Notes under the pieces: model-generated
What the model saw: the letters and a program-made list of their open reading frames with translations, nothing else
The model's database searches: none
Told to the model about the DNA's origin: nothing
Translations under genes and position numbers: made by a program
Part shown: positions 1-12,325 of the stretch, one piece after another
How positions within the stretch are numbered: position 1 is the first letter of the stretch
Layout of the letters: each line of letters opens with the position of its first letter
DNA from: Trichoplax sp. H2
Lineage: Eukaryota
Reading direction: 5' to 3'
DNA: 48,710 bases
Assembly (NCBI GenBank): GCA_003344405.1
Contig: NOWV01000322.1
Coordinates: 1 to 48,710, forward strand

Positions 1-504
1 CATACAAGAGCATTTTCTGCGGATTTTCATGAATGGCGATAAATGGGATTGCTATATTCTACACATGAAATTCAAGTACTTTATAGCATCGTATTACTCT
101 ATGGGATTAGTAAAAGCTTGATCTTCAAGCTTATTACAGTTTTGACCTCTTTAGGGATTACAATAACTTAATGACAACGGTCACATTCCATGATTAGAAT
201 TGTTTTTGTTTTAAGAAACTTGCTGATCAATCGTGAGGATGCAAATTTTACACGATTTAATATATGAATATTTTCGTTGTTATTGTGTACATATATACTG
301 TAGAAGTTGTGCCATGTGATCGAGCAGCAATCGGTATGACGTTAAGAAATAATGACGTCAACGTTAAGGATATTAGAAAAACGCGGCAAAGCAGCAGTCA
401 ATTATGATGATGATTTGATATGTATTCGAGAAGTAAATAACGGATTGAAAGCTTAAAAGCTAGTACATAGCTATAACCGATACATTGATATAAACGTATG
501 AAAA

Positions 505-586
505 CCATGTAGCATATATGCTACATTGGTCACTCAGTCACGCCGCCCATGTAGCATATATGCTACATTGGCACTCAAAGGGTTAA
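505..586. mobile_element. Probable right terminus of a piggyBac-like DNA transposon/MITE with duplicated subterminal palindromes
   Basis: Ends ...GGCACTCAAAGGG-TTAA (TTAA at 583-586), i.e. TTAA-CCCTTTGAGTGCC on minus, matching the CCCT.../TTAA end signature of piggyBac-family elements. Two copies of the perfect 20-bp palindrome ATGTAGCATATATGCTACAT (507-526, 549-568) lie just inside. Matching other end and transposase not seen in the window. Confidence 0.5.
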
Positions 587-3500
587 GCGCAACAGCCGCG
601 TTTTCTTCATCTGCAGTATCTATAATGCAAATAGGACTAGCAAATCAACATTATAATTTTAGTTCTTGATGAATTTCCATTCAGTCATCACCCTTGATAA
701 TAGCAGATTCCAGGGTAGAATTATAAGCAGGTTATAGGATACATAGTCATCGTCTTGTTCGCGTTATATTGTATCATTTGCTGATTTTTAACGGATATTG
801 GTTGCTGAGAGAGAACCCTAGATGAGACTAAGTTAGCTAATTGTGTTGATGAATTTTTTAATACGCAATAAAATGAAAGCCTAAAGAGTAGATGATTATT
901 AAATTACTTCCCAATTTAGTTATTATTTTTAGGGAATGAACAATTGGAAGAATGTGGAAGGGAAATAAACAATATTTTCTATTAACAGCTTTTATTACCT
1001 TTACATTGATGAAATCGTAAATAGTGATTTTACTTTAATGACATTGTGTCTTATTCATACGGAATTTACCAAATCGACGATTGATTAGCTACAACTCTAA
1101 TGCTATTTAAGTCAATATAATCGTTTCAATAGTAGAATCGTTAACAACTTACCGTAAAGCAGACTATATCGACATTAACACTTTTAGAAGATATCTACCT
1201 TTATAATTAAAGACTATGTCGTGAAAGCTCTAATACCATGACAAGTAAACAGTATACCCTATCATTCATTCACATCGCTTTCATTCATTCCCATCGCATA
1301 TCGTATTGATAATGAACCTACTTTACAGTCAAATGACTACCACTAATACGCTACATTTTCACGAAAGTGAGCAAGTTTCTAAGCACTTTAGCTTATGGAT
1401 CGATATACAATACTCTAAATAAGCAAGTATAGAAATTCTATTCCATCAAACTCTATTATCGTACGGAACTGAATAGCCGTTAGAAATCTTAGTAGTAAAA
1501 CGCCATCAAGGCACAACATAATATGGGTGTTTTTGCATATACTTGAAATGGTAAAGGTGTCTACAATCCAATTTGTTGATACGCAATTAAAGTTTAAAGC
1601 GATCTGACGTCAATAAAACGGAAAGCTAATTTATTAATGTTGTTTTGTTCAGTCCAGTCCAGTAATAACATTGTTTAATATTTAATAAAATATCTTGAAT
1701 TCTTAATCAAATTTATCGGTTATCTATAGACTGTTTCTAGATCCAATATTTAAGTTAATGTATACTTTCATTTCATCATCTAATTTTAGCTCAATTAATT
1801 CTATCAGAATACCTTGTATCATTGCCTGGCGAATATACCTTTATTGACGTTTTATTTCGTAATTAATATATAATTAAGACTTCATTGACCTTCGCATCGT
1901 TCTTAAATGGTCTATCTCCTGTAAGTCAGGGCTGTATGCATTCGCCGTTATGACTATTTCTCTTATTAAATATTTTCAGCCACTTCGCTAGTACGGATGT
2001 AAATAATTACCGTTATTGATTTACGCTCGTATCTGAAATGTGACATAGTTAATTCGAAACAGATTGAGGAGTATGCCGACTATATTCTAGATAATAGCTT
2101 ATAATAATGTTTCGCAATATCATAAACAACTCCCTGCAAGATCCTGCCAGTGATCTTAACATATTTATACCCTAACAACTATAAATTCAGTTAAACGATA
2201 GATATCAACAACATTGCTACTATTAATGATATTGTATCATAAGAAGACTACAATAAACTGGATATTTATTCATTAATACGTAAAATACTTGAAATTTGTA
2301 GCTTAATAGATAATGAATGAAACCTATTAACATAATACATAGTATGTATATTTGAAAATTACTACTATTATCCTTAATTAATTTTTTTTTTTTTAATTCA
2401 TTGTGCACGGTAACTCTAGCAGTTAGTGTCTTCAGATTAACTACATACGTGTAAGAGGATTGTAAGTGAAATACTTAGGAAAGCTTACAATCAAATTACT
2501 ATCTTTTTTTATGATCTATAAATCACTGAATTTAGTGTTATATCCCTGGAAGAGTGCGCAATTAAACAACGCTTATTTATACTATCTTCTAAATCGATCT
2601 AGCAATAAATAGTTGACGACAACTGTCATTAATTGATAAATAAATTTCATCTGATACATCCTTGTACAGCAGTGCATTGATGTAAGCCAATAGCTCATCT
2701 TGTTAGTACTTGGCTATACAGCCAAATTTGTTTTGTACTTTTGTATTATTAACTCACCGATATACTTGACCGGAGTTCTATTTTACTGACACTAGAAGAC
2801 AGTTGTCATTTTTATTTTGTAAAAGTGACAACAGGCTATCATGAACAAGGGGACGAAATATCTTATAAATTCAAAGTATAAAGATTGAGATCTTCCGCTG
2901 ATGTAAAGCTTTACCACATTATAGTATGATATGTAATGTCTGTAGATAATATCGCTTTAGAACAATAATCTACTGGATTATTATAACAGCTAGTTTTAAT
3001 GGAGGTAAATTCATTTCTAAATTAGCACTTGGTTATGGTAATTGGTTATACTGTAACTGCCAACTGTAATTTTACTCGACGATGTACTGTACTGTGTTGC
3101 AATCTATATGGCAGCTAAAACAAATTTTTGTGTCATATTGGGCTAATTTCTTATACAAATACAGACTGATCAACGTTTAAATTAAATTAAATACTATTAC
3201 TGTAGCATTTTCAATTAACAACTTCAGGTTCACTACCAAAATTATATAGCGCTAAAGCTCACACAATTAATTCATAAACACTAAACATTATCAATATTCT
3301 AGTGGTATACTGTATATAGCACGTAATACTCTCTCATGACTATAATTGCATCATTTGTTGGAAGTTAAAGTGAGTAATGTACGCGTGTAATGCGTAGGGA
3401 TTTAAGTGTAATTATTATCGAAACTCATGATATCGAGATTTAACGCGCAGCAATCATTGACCTGCATTATTCCATGGAGTGATTTAGTAAATACTACTAG

Positions 3501-4706
3501 AAAAAGACTTAGTGTAGTAACTACTCAGTTAAGGTGATCATAAATCTTAAAATCTTACGTACGTACAGATTATCCGGGCAGGATAGGACATACGAGAATG
3601 AAGGTTTTGCAAAATGATTACATCATATAACGATAAATACTAAGACGAAGTATCAGGTACGGCTATATCCTGGAAATTATAAAAGTAACAACATGTTGCT
3701 ATCGTTTCAATTACATTTCTTAATTTTGTGCATTGTGACGAGTATACAGTACATGAATATTTAGAATAAATACATCATACGATTCATTTGCCAACGTCTG
3801 TAGTATAATATAGTATATGAGTTAATTTTCAACTAAATGTAATCGATTTTCATATACAATAACTAATTCTGCAAGCATGAGTATTGTATAAAGTGCACAT
3901 ATCGAATAGATAAAATGCTAGGTAATGTAACGTTGAATATCATCTTGGAAAGGCAGACTAATAAATTACTACAGCCAAATACTTCACGATCTCGTAACGT
4001 CAATTAGCCGATGTCAACGGTGTTGGGATACATAGTATTACTTATTTCATGCATACAATGTCAGTACATTAGTCTACTGTCTTAAATATTTTATACAAGT
4101 CGTGCAAGAATATCGATATATAAAATTTTCATCAACGAAAAACACACATCAAGATCAAAGTGATGACTGGCGAGACTTTATTACAGCGTTATGTGTCGAT
4201 AACAGAAGTATAGGCAATTAATATATAATTAACTGTGTAAACCATGCGACAATTTTCAAAGTCCGTACAATATCACCATCGGGAACAATCTTGATATTGA
4301 CGAATATAGGTTATTAAATATTATATTAAGCGATATTAACCATACACTAAAGGTGGTAGCTATTACTCTAATTTGCTAACTTAAACATTTAAAAAGTTTT
4401 ATTTGGGCAAAGTATTTGAAGTAGAGTATTTTTAATTTATCTTTATGAATTAATTCACACAAATACATACATACATACACAGTATATACGTACTCTCGGT
4501 ATATTTATAAACATATATATTATGCTTACGCATAAAAATCTTTTTTAAGATTTTCGTATAATTAAGTGTACGATATATGAGTGATTATATCATAATTGCC
4601 ATCCTTAGCCCTATATTAATAGTAAAAATGCAAAACTTTGGGTTAATAATCTTGAGATGCAAATAAATGCAAAGATAATGCAATATATAACATACCTTGA
4701 TTTTTT

Positions 4707-7606
4707 CTAGGCAACGTTATCCATTTCACGAGATTTAAGTTCCATTGCACTTTCCATTAAATCACCATATTTATCATCTCGAGGCGTTGAAACAACCCGC
4801 CATTTTTCTGCAAATGTATCGCCTGGGGCCTTTACAATCTTATAGATTGCGACTCCAGGAATGCACAGCATTGAGCACAAGGCAACAAACCAGGCGATAA
4901 TTTCTGACCATTTTGGGAATATGTAGGTTCCGTATTTGATTGGACCATAATCAACGAATTTAAAAACAACTACAAACTGTAAAGTAAAAGTATACAATTA
5001 AACCTTTGAATCTAATTTTAAATAGAAGTGCATTTATTAAGAAGATATCTATTTATGTACTTACCATTAAAGTAGCGGGGGAAATGTATTTCCAGCAGAA
5101 TAAAAACCAATGATAAAACCATGGTTGATATCCGATCATTCGCTTTAGATCACGTCCAATACGACCGTTGCCTAATATATTATTATCGGTAAGAAGAATT
5201 TCAAAGTTTCAATATGCAAACATTTATTAATGCTGACTGAAGAATGTTCAAAGTACAACATGTTCAGACTAATATCAATAGTATACAAAAAGGTTCCATT
5301 ACTTACCGTATCCCCAACCACAAGCGATACATTCACAAATTACTAGGAAAAGTAAAGATATTCCGGCAACATAATCATCCAGCAGCTGTACTACATATGC
5401 ACCACCCTAAAAAAGTCATCAACGATTGTGATATTAGTTCTTGTAATCCCTTCGAAATTATTTAAACACTAATAAATCTGTACCTGACAAATGCAAGGGA
5501 ATCCAAGAAGATACAAAAATCCGCATCCAATAATACAAATAAACCATTTTTTTTCACGCAACTGTTTTGGATACTCATCTACAGCAGCAGTAATAATAGT
5601 TTCCATAAACGCAAACTGGCTATCCATACCCAAAGTAATCAACATGAAGAAGAAAATTATTGACCATAGCTGCGAAACAGGCATTGCCGCAACGGCTGCT
5701 GGATAAACTATGAAAGCCAAGCTGACACCTATCGAGATTTAAGAAACAACGGTAACTATTAGTACAGTTAAACAGTTAGATGTTAGCCGGACAATCTACG
5801 GTAGTATAAATTTATTCCATACTACACTAAAGCATTACTAGGACACATTAATTTATTACCTTGATCAGCAACTTCGGCAACCGGTCTTCCAGCAGTATGT
5901 GCCATGTATCCAACAACGGAAAATATTACAAAACCGGCGAAAAAACTGGTACTGCAGTTTATTAAGGCAACGGTAATAGAATCCCTGTAAATACCCAAAG
6001 AACTTATAGTTAGAATATTATAAAGGATTAAAAATAATTTGGAAACTTGCATATCAACTTGAAGTATGGTCAACTTTCACTTAGAGTATAGTTAACCTGA
6101 AGCAGTTGTTGTAGAATTGATTGTAGCTTGCCATGGTGATCAAACCACCAAATCCAACACTGAGCGAGAAAAAGATTTGTGTAGTAGCATCGGCCCACAC
6201 TTTCGCATCACTTAACTTACTCCAATCTGGAGTTAAATAAAACCTTATACCATCCAGGTGACCCTCCAAGGTTACACCGCGAATAAGTAAAATAACCAAA
6301 ACAACATAAGGAAACGTAGCGGTAAAGTATACAACCTAAGATAGTATGTAAAAAATATATTGGTATTCACAATTTAGTCCATCGACTGTGATCAGAAAGA
6401 TATGTCCAAGTAATTTACTTGGACAACCTATTACAATTTCTCAAATCATTTACAAGAGTTGTTTTATAGTACCTTGCCAGAGGATTTAACACCTTTGAAT
6501 ACGCAGAAATAAATAACAATCCAAGCTAGGAGCAAACACAACGCCAAATGCCATCGTACTGTTCCTAGTTCGCCAATGCCGTTGGAAATTTCCAAAACAT
6601 GATGACTAAAATCAATATTAAAATTTGATATTTACATCAATGCTGAATGAATTTTTTTGGAGAGGTCAACATACTCGTAGTTTAGTTTGTATACCAATCA
6701 ATAGGCAAATTTTGAAATTATACTCACTTCCAGTACTGTTCACTTGGTGTCTCAACCTTGGTCGTATTGGAAACACAAGGAATGACCTGTTTGGCAGCAC
6801 CAGTCACAGTAGCAGCAACAGTTGTAGCTACAGTAGTTACTGAATCGTTGCTATCACAAATTCGAACTCGTTCATAGCATTTTTCATCATTCCACGTTTG
6901 ATTGCATTTTGACCAAGGTAGTGGATCTTGCATGGATGCAAATACGAAGTAGTAGCACCAAGCAATGATAACGTTGTAATAAATTGCAACTCCAAATGAG
7001 CATACACACATTGCATAGCCGACACCTTTAAATGTGAAATCCGATATTGTCACTACGCACGCATCTTACCATTTAGAATACAATTTCAAGATTGCAATCC
7101 TACACACCTTTCAAAACAGGAAATAAGTTTTCCCAAACTTGCAAAGGTCCTTCCTGAGTGTATTGACCAATTGTCAATTCCAAGATAAATAAAGGAATGC
7201 CCACCAAAACCAACATAATACAGTAGGGAATCAAAAATGCACCTTGATAAAATGAAGAGAAAAAGTTGCTTAGAGATTTGAACTTTTCAATAACGGGTTG
7301 AAAATTGATGATGCAAGAAAGTTCCTACCTCCACCACTACTGGCACACAGATAGGGAAATCGCCAAACATTTCCTAGACCAACTGCATAACCGATACAAG
7401 ACAACATGAAATCCATTTTATGACCCCAATGTCCACGATCCTCAGCCGCTTCAGTAGCGGATTCTTTGGTTCTTTTTTCATCAGTATGATTATAGCCATT
7501 CTAAAATTGGATATGATTATTAATTAAAGCCGTTGGAATAGAGCTAGACAATTGGAATGTGTATTGTATACCATTTGAGATTACTTACATCATCAGGAGA
7601 GCCCAT
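4707..7606 (-). CDS. SLC6 (NSS) sodium/chloride-dependent amino-acid transporter, proline/glycine-transporter-like, ~613 aa, 11 coding exons
   Basis: Phase-consistent GT-AG exons (minus): 7606-7589, 7500-7329, 7242-7108, 7025-6728, 6605-6473, 6335-6097, 5984-5860, 5728-5484, 5406-5307, 5171-5065, 4976-4707 (1842 nt). Motifs: [91 protein letters not shown]. Confidence 0.95.
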
Positions 7607-10600
7607 GATGTACTACTTTGTTATTGGTTGACAATTCTTGAAAACACGATAGCTACACCAAGATCAAAATTCGATTAGAATAGAAGACTTGATTCGAGTG
7701 CAACAGTATATACAACATAAAAGCATTTACTTTCTATATAATTTATAAATAAAACAAAAAAACAATAAAATATGACAAAAATACGACGTTGAAGTAGACG
7801 TGATCCAAACAATACAACATGAATTATTGGTTCCTACGATAACATTCTCTATGATTACGTTTTACTAGTAGCTATCGATCAAAATAAAAATAGCGTTTTT
7901 GACAACAGTTTATCCAATACAGACGAATAACGATTTTCGCGTCTAAATATCTACATGTTACTATCACCATTTATTTAGCAAAACTACAACAGGACTGCAA
8001 CAGCATTATTCTAGTGGTAGTACGATGTAAGCACTAAATAAAAGCAGACTAACGTTGGCGTATCTCCACAGTACAGTACAGTATTCCACTTGATATCTAT
8101 CCATCATTACTGTAATGTTACTCCTGAACTGGATATGCAAGCATTTGAAAAATTGGACACGACTGATAAAAACATATTTACTAAGCTACTGGTGATGAAT
8201 ATCAAACAACAGCACTGCACCTTACTTACACCGCCGTCAAGCAGCATGGAAGAAAAATTCACTAGCAGTAGTCTTGCACACTACTTGTGCAGCAACCATG
8301 GTATTTACGCCAGTTAGAACAATATGCATTATATTGTCTACGGCAATAGCAGTACTACCTTGGCAAACTAAGCAAATATGCAGTAGTATCATCATATGTG
8401 TGTCAAGCATGAATAGAAGAATATGGATCACTAAATACGACATTAGTACACTTCAATATACTAACACTACAGTAGCCAAGTTGATTTAAAATTGCATTCA
8501 TTATCGTCAATGTCATACTACTACGGTAAAGATGACCAATTTGTTATTGAAGACATTACTACCCCAAATGCATCTTTCCATACCCGTCTCCACAGTCATC
8601 AAGACTAACAAATCGCCATTACAGTATATTGCGTCTATCCTATCCGTATCACAGCGGCCATAACATCTCTATTCTGCTGGACAACGTAATCACTGATGGC
8701 CCAAATTTAAGTCAATATTTAGATATTGAACAAAGACAACAGAAGCGCCGAGCTGCATAGCAGACATGCTTTCTGTAGCGCATTCCTGCTGGTGATTGGC
8801 TAATGGTAAATACCACCGCTACTTTCGGATATTATTAGATAGTATTGGATAATAATTCTCGGAAAGTGATGAAAAACTTCAATCAACTTACGCTCACTAC
8901 TAGTTATAGTATTGACAATATTTTTCGATCAAACTATTTTGGCGGCGTGACTTTTAGCTTACTTTCTACTCTTGCCATCCACTAATCATGAACAGTAAAA
9001 CATGTCCAATGCACACGTATCTCATTGCAATTAAGCGACAACTATTTTATCCTTGATGTACATAAAGTATCCACGCATAATGCGGTTACCTGCTTGAAAG
9101 CGCATACGGTAGTTGCAAATCAAATTGCAATCAACCTTTACAACAAGGAAATGCTTGAACTAGAGTACGACTAGAATGTGTGTGTTTTGCGACATTCAGT
9201 AATTCAGTGGCTAAAAATAGAGTCAGTAAAGTGCAATCTGCCGCGGTACTAAACATCGACTTGGTAATGCATTAATTGATCCTCGTAGCGAACTTTAACC
9301 TTTTCATCGACATGTGTATTTCAAGCACTTGTGGTCGTGACAATACTGTATTACGTATAGAACTTGGCAAAAGTAGAAGATGGAAAAAAAATGCTTGTAA
9401 ATTCTAAATATTATTGTTGGCGTATGCTGGCCCACTTTGTAGCAACGTATTTACTAACATACAGTAGTAGACGATTCTAGCTGGCGTCTAATCATGTTTA
9501 CATTCCTACTGGTACTCAATAAAACTATTTGACTCAAGACTGTACAGTACTGGATGTTGGTTCCTCCTTTCCCTTTCTCTCCACGGGTAACTATGAACGA
9601 CGGATTCATTGTGGACTTTTGATCATACCCTAGCAACAATAGTACAGACTGCGAAGGACTATAGACGATAATTAATATTTCCATCAGCATTGTTTAATGA
9701 TGCTGCATTTTTACATTAGTAGGCTCTGGCTGTGCAGTATATTAATAATGATATTATTAAAATAATAATAACCCCCCCAAAAGCATCATCTACGTTCCAT
9801 TCAATAATTAGTGTATATATATATCTAAACAATACTGCATTGAACGGTTTGTACAGAAAAACTTGGCAACTGTCCAAAGACACTTTCTATAAAAAAACGT
9901 CTTTTTTCAGCACTATCACTACCACTACATTAGGGTTGCACGCTGGCCACCCACTGCGCCCCTGCGGGCAAGATAAGTTTAGAAACTTATCCAAGAACGG
10001 AGATCAAAAGTCACGCGGTCCCATTCCTACTGTTTACAGTAAATCTACTCAAGTGAATACCAACAACATTACGCTTCAAACGGCCTGAAATGATCGCCAT
10101 GCTTTACTTTGTAAAACCCAACTTGTCCACTACTCTATCTACAGAATGATGACCTTTGTTTCTAGCAATGTGCTAAGTGAAAAAGTACTGTATATTGAGT
10201 GGGGCCAAATTGGCACTAGACTAAGTAGACGAACTTGCTTTTCTCCATTGGTACAATACTGTATTTTTACTATCTTCACAAAGTACTTGCCCTTCTCTTC
10301 TTTCAACTTGTACTGTAGAAATGGCTGCATACTTATGAATATTCATTATCGTGGCATACGTACAGTGTTGTGTGTACTGATGGAATGGAAAGAAAACTGA
10401 TTGTAGAGAACATGCGTTTGGATATTCCCCTCCCACTAGATCACTCGACACTACCCTTTGAGCCTATGCCTCGACAGCAGACTGTTGTATATTGAAATTG
10501 AACTAGCTATTTTGTCCAATGTCAGCATTACGCATCTAATTAATCGCTAACCATATGTTATCCTACACTAGTGTACATTCAACGATCAATGAACGAGTCT

Positions 10601-11077
10601 TACCTTTTACAGAGAGAAGGAAGTTCTGAGCAAGACGTCTGGTTAGTCGTCAGTGGGAGCAATTTGTTTCTGGATTGGAGGAATAGAATGATGACTTGTG
10701 ATCAAACGCTAAACGACACCAAAGAGAGCATGGCATTCATTTCATTGGAATGATTTTCAATGTACAAATTAAAATTGGGATACACTGTCAGAAACAGCGT
10801 CCAACTGCAGTATTGACAAATATCAAGAAAAATAGGCTACGGCAAAATCATAACATTGCTTGGCCATCGCCTTTCATCCTCTTACCTCGTCCGTGAATTT
10901 GGATTGTTTCAGTCTTCAGCACAATGATAACTTGACTCAAGAAAGGCAAACTAAAATGGATAAGATAAAAAGCAATTGAACAACTTGAAATTCAAGTAAC
11001 ATTACAACAACTGTGCTCGCTTTTCCTCCATCATCAAAAACAACATCCACTAATATTAATAAATAGTAAACAGTCGA

Positions 11078-11185
11078 GTACTTACTTAGGAGACTTGGGC
11101 AAAATAGCGTGGAGAAATGAAAACACTCCAGCAGATGCGTCCTATATATACCATCGGCAGGTCAAACTTGCCCAATGTCCACGTG
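11078..11185 (-). promoter_or_regulatory. Candidate core promoter and short non-coding first exon of the SLC6 gene
   Basis: On minus: E-box CACGTG (11180-11185), CCAAT/ATTGG (11172-11176), TATATATAGG (11150-11141), Inr-like TCATTTC (11120-11114, ~32 nt after the TATA), then a consensus donor GTAAGTAC (11085-11078) pointing toward the SLC6 ATG at 7606. Confidence 0.55.
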
Positions 11186-11888
11186 ACCTAATGCAATGGA
11201 GGAGAGGCTGTCATGGCTGCTATTGTTATGCTAATGGCGATGATTGAACACAAAGGAGGGACTAGTCCTAATGGAGTGTGGTGGCGGGCGGAAGATGGAT
11301 TGGCTATAGCGTTGGTTAAGCGTATGGACAGTTATGGTTTCCAACATGGTTTGATGGATGACATGGCCTATTTGAAGTCTTTGAGAGCTTTATTTATTGA
11401 TGACTTTCCACTTTTACAATTTATCAATTCATTGATGGACCGAATAGACTGTACACTGTCGAGTCCAGCGTCCTCTACGGCCGGATGGCCAGCGGTATCA
11501 TACTGTGTACTGTAGGTATGGACTTTTTGCGCTAGTGTCGTGGACTACAGTTGCCCACTAGGCCTACGATGGGCTGCACTATGATCCAAGAGAATTCAAA
11601 GATTACATTCCCGATCAAAGTCTTGCCATTGAATTATAAATTCCACGACAATCTAGCATCCCTGCGGTGTTTCGGCACATGCAGGGCAATGCAAGATTGG
11701 AGCCGTTAATGCAACAGTGCAGTTGACTTCTCGCAAGGGTACAGTACTATCTGCTTCTGCAATCTCCAGTACTGGACTGGAGCGTACTGTACACTGTAGC
11801 CTACGGTATGCAGCCGCCTAAATTAGACTCCATATCATCCAGTACTGTACTGGAATGGACAGTACAGTACTGTACGGTACTGTACACT

Positions 11889-12003
11889 GTGAAAACACAG
11901 ATGGAGAAATGACGTCACTGTACTGTACGCTCTGCACCTGCTTCAAGGACGCTGAATATCGTACTGGTGTACACTGACGTCATTTCTCCATCTGTGTTTT
12001 CAC
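11889..12003. repeat. Perfect 29-bp inverted repeat, 57-bp spacer, each arm carrying a CRE (TGACGTCA)
   Basis: GTGAAAACACAGATGGAGAAATGACGTCA (11889-11917) is the exact reverse complement of TGACGTCATTTCTCCATCTGTGTTTTCAC (11975-12003). Confidence 0.9.
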
Positions 12004-12156
12004 TACAGTACTTTACACTCAGTGTGAGTACAGTATAAAGACTGTGTACTGATTAGTAATGGAAAGGTCTGTCCAAATGGTTGAAAATGTTTCACTGCCA
12101 AGCCTGCATTGACCACTACTGATTGTCCAGTCCATTTTTGCAGGACTGTACAGCAT

Positions 12157-12325
12157 GCAAATGGACAGCTTTTAGACCCATCCACTCATGGACGGTAGTA
12201 GTGAAGTCAAGCAATAAAATCTCACCTCCAAACTCCCAGTATAGCTGGCAAATGGACAGCTTTTAGACCCATCCACTGCGTTCATGGATGGTAGTAGTGA
12301 AGGGAAGCAAAAAAGTCTCACTTCA
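12157..12325. repeat. Imperfect direct repeat, two copies of ~70-78 bp
   Basis: GCAAATGGACAGCTTTTAGACCCATCCACT...TCATGGA(C/T)GGTAGTAGTGAAG...AAGCAA...TCTCAC starts at 12157 and again at 12248. Confidence 0.85.

Noticed and set aside
5244..6843. Plus-strand short ORFs over the SLC6 gene (similarly 24807-25019, 28209-28445, 30634-30906, 36358-36677)
   Set aside because: Antisense shadows of real exons.
11213..11515. 100-aa plus-strand ORF next to the palindromic TATA
   Set aside because: No recognisable motif; explained by locally higher GC. A divergent transcript cannot be excluded without RNA data.
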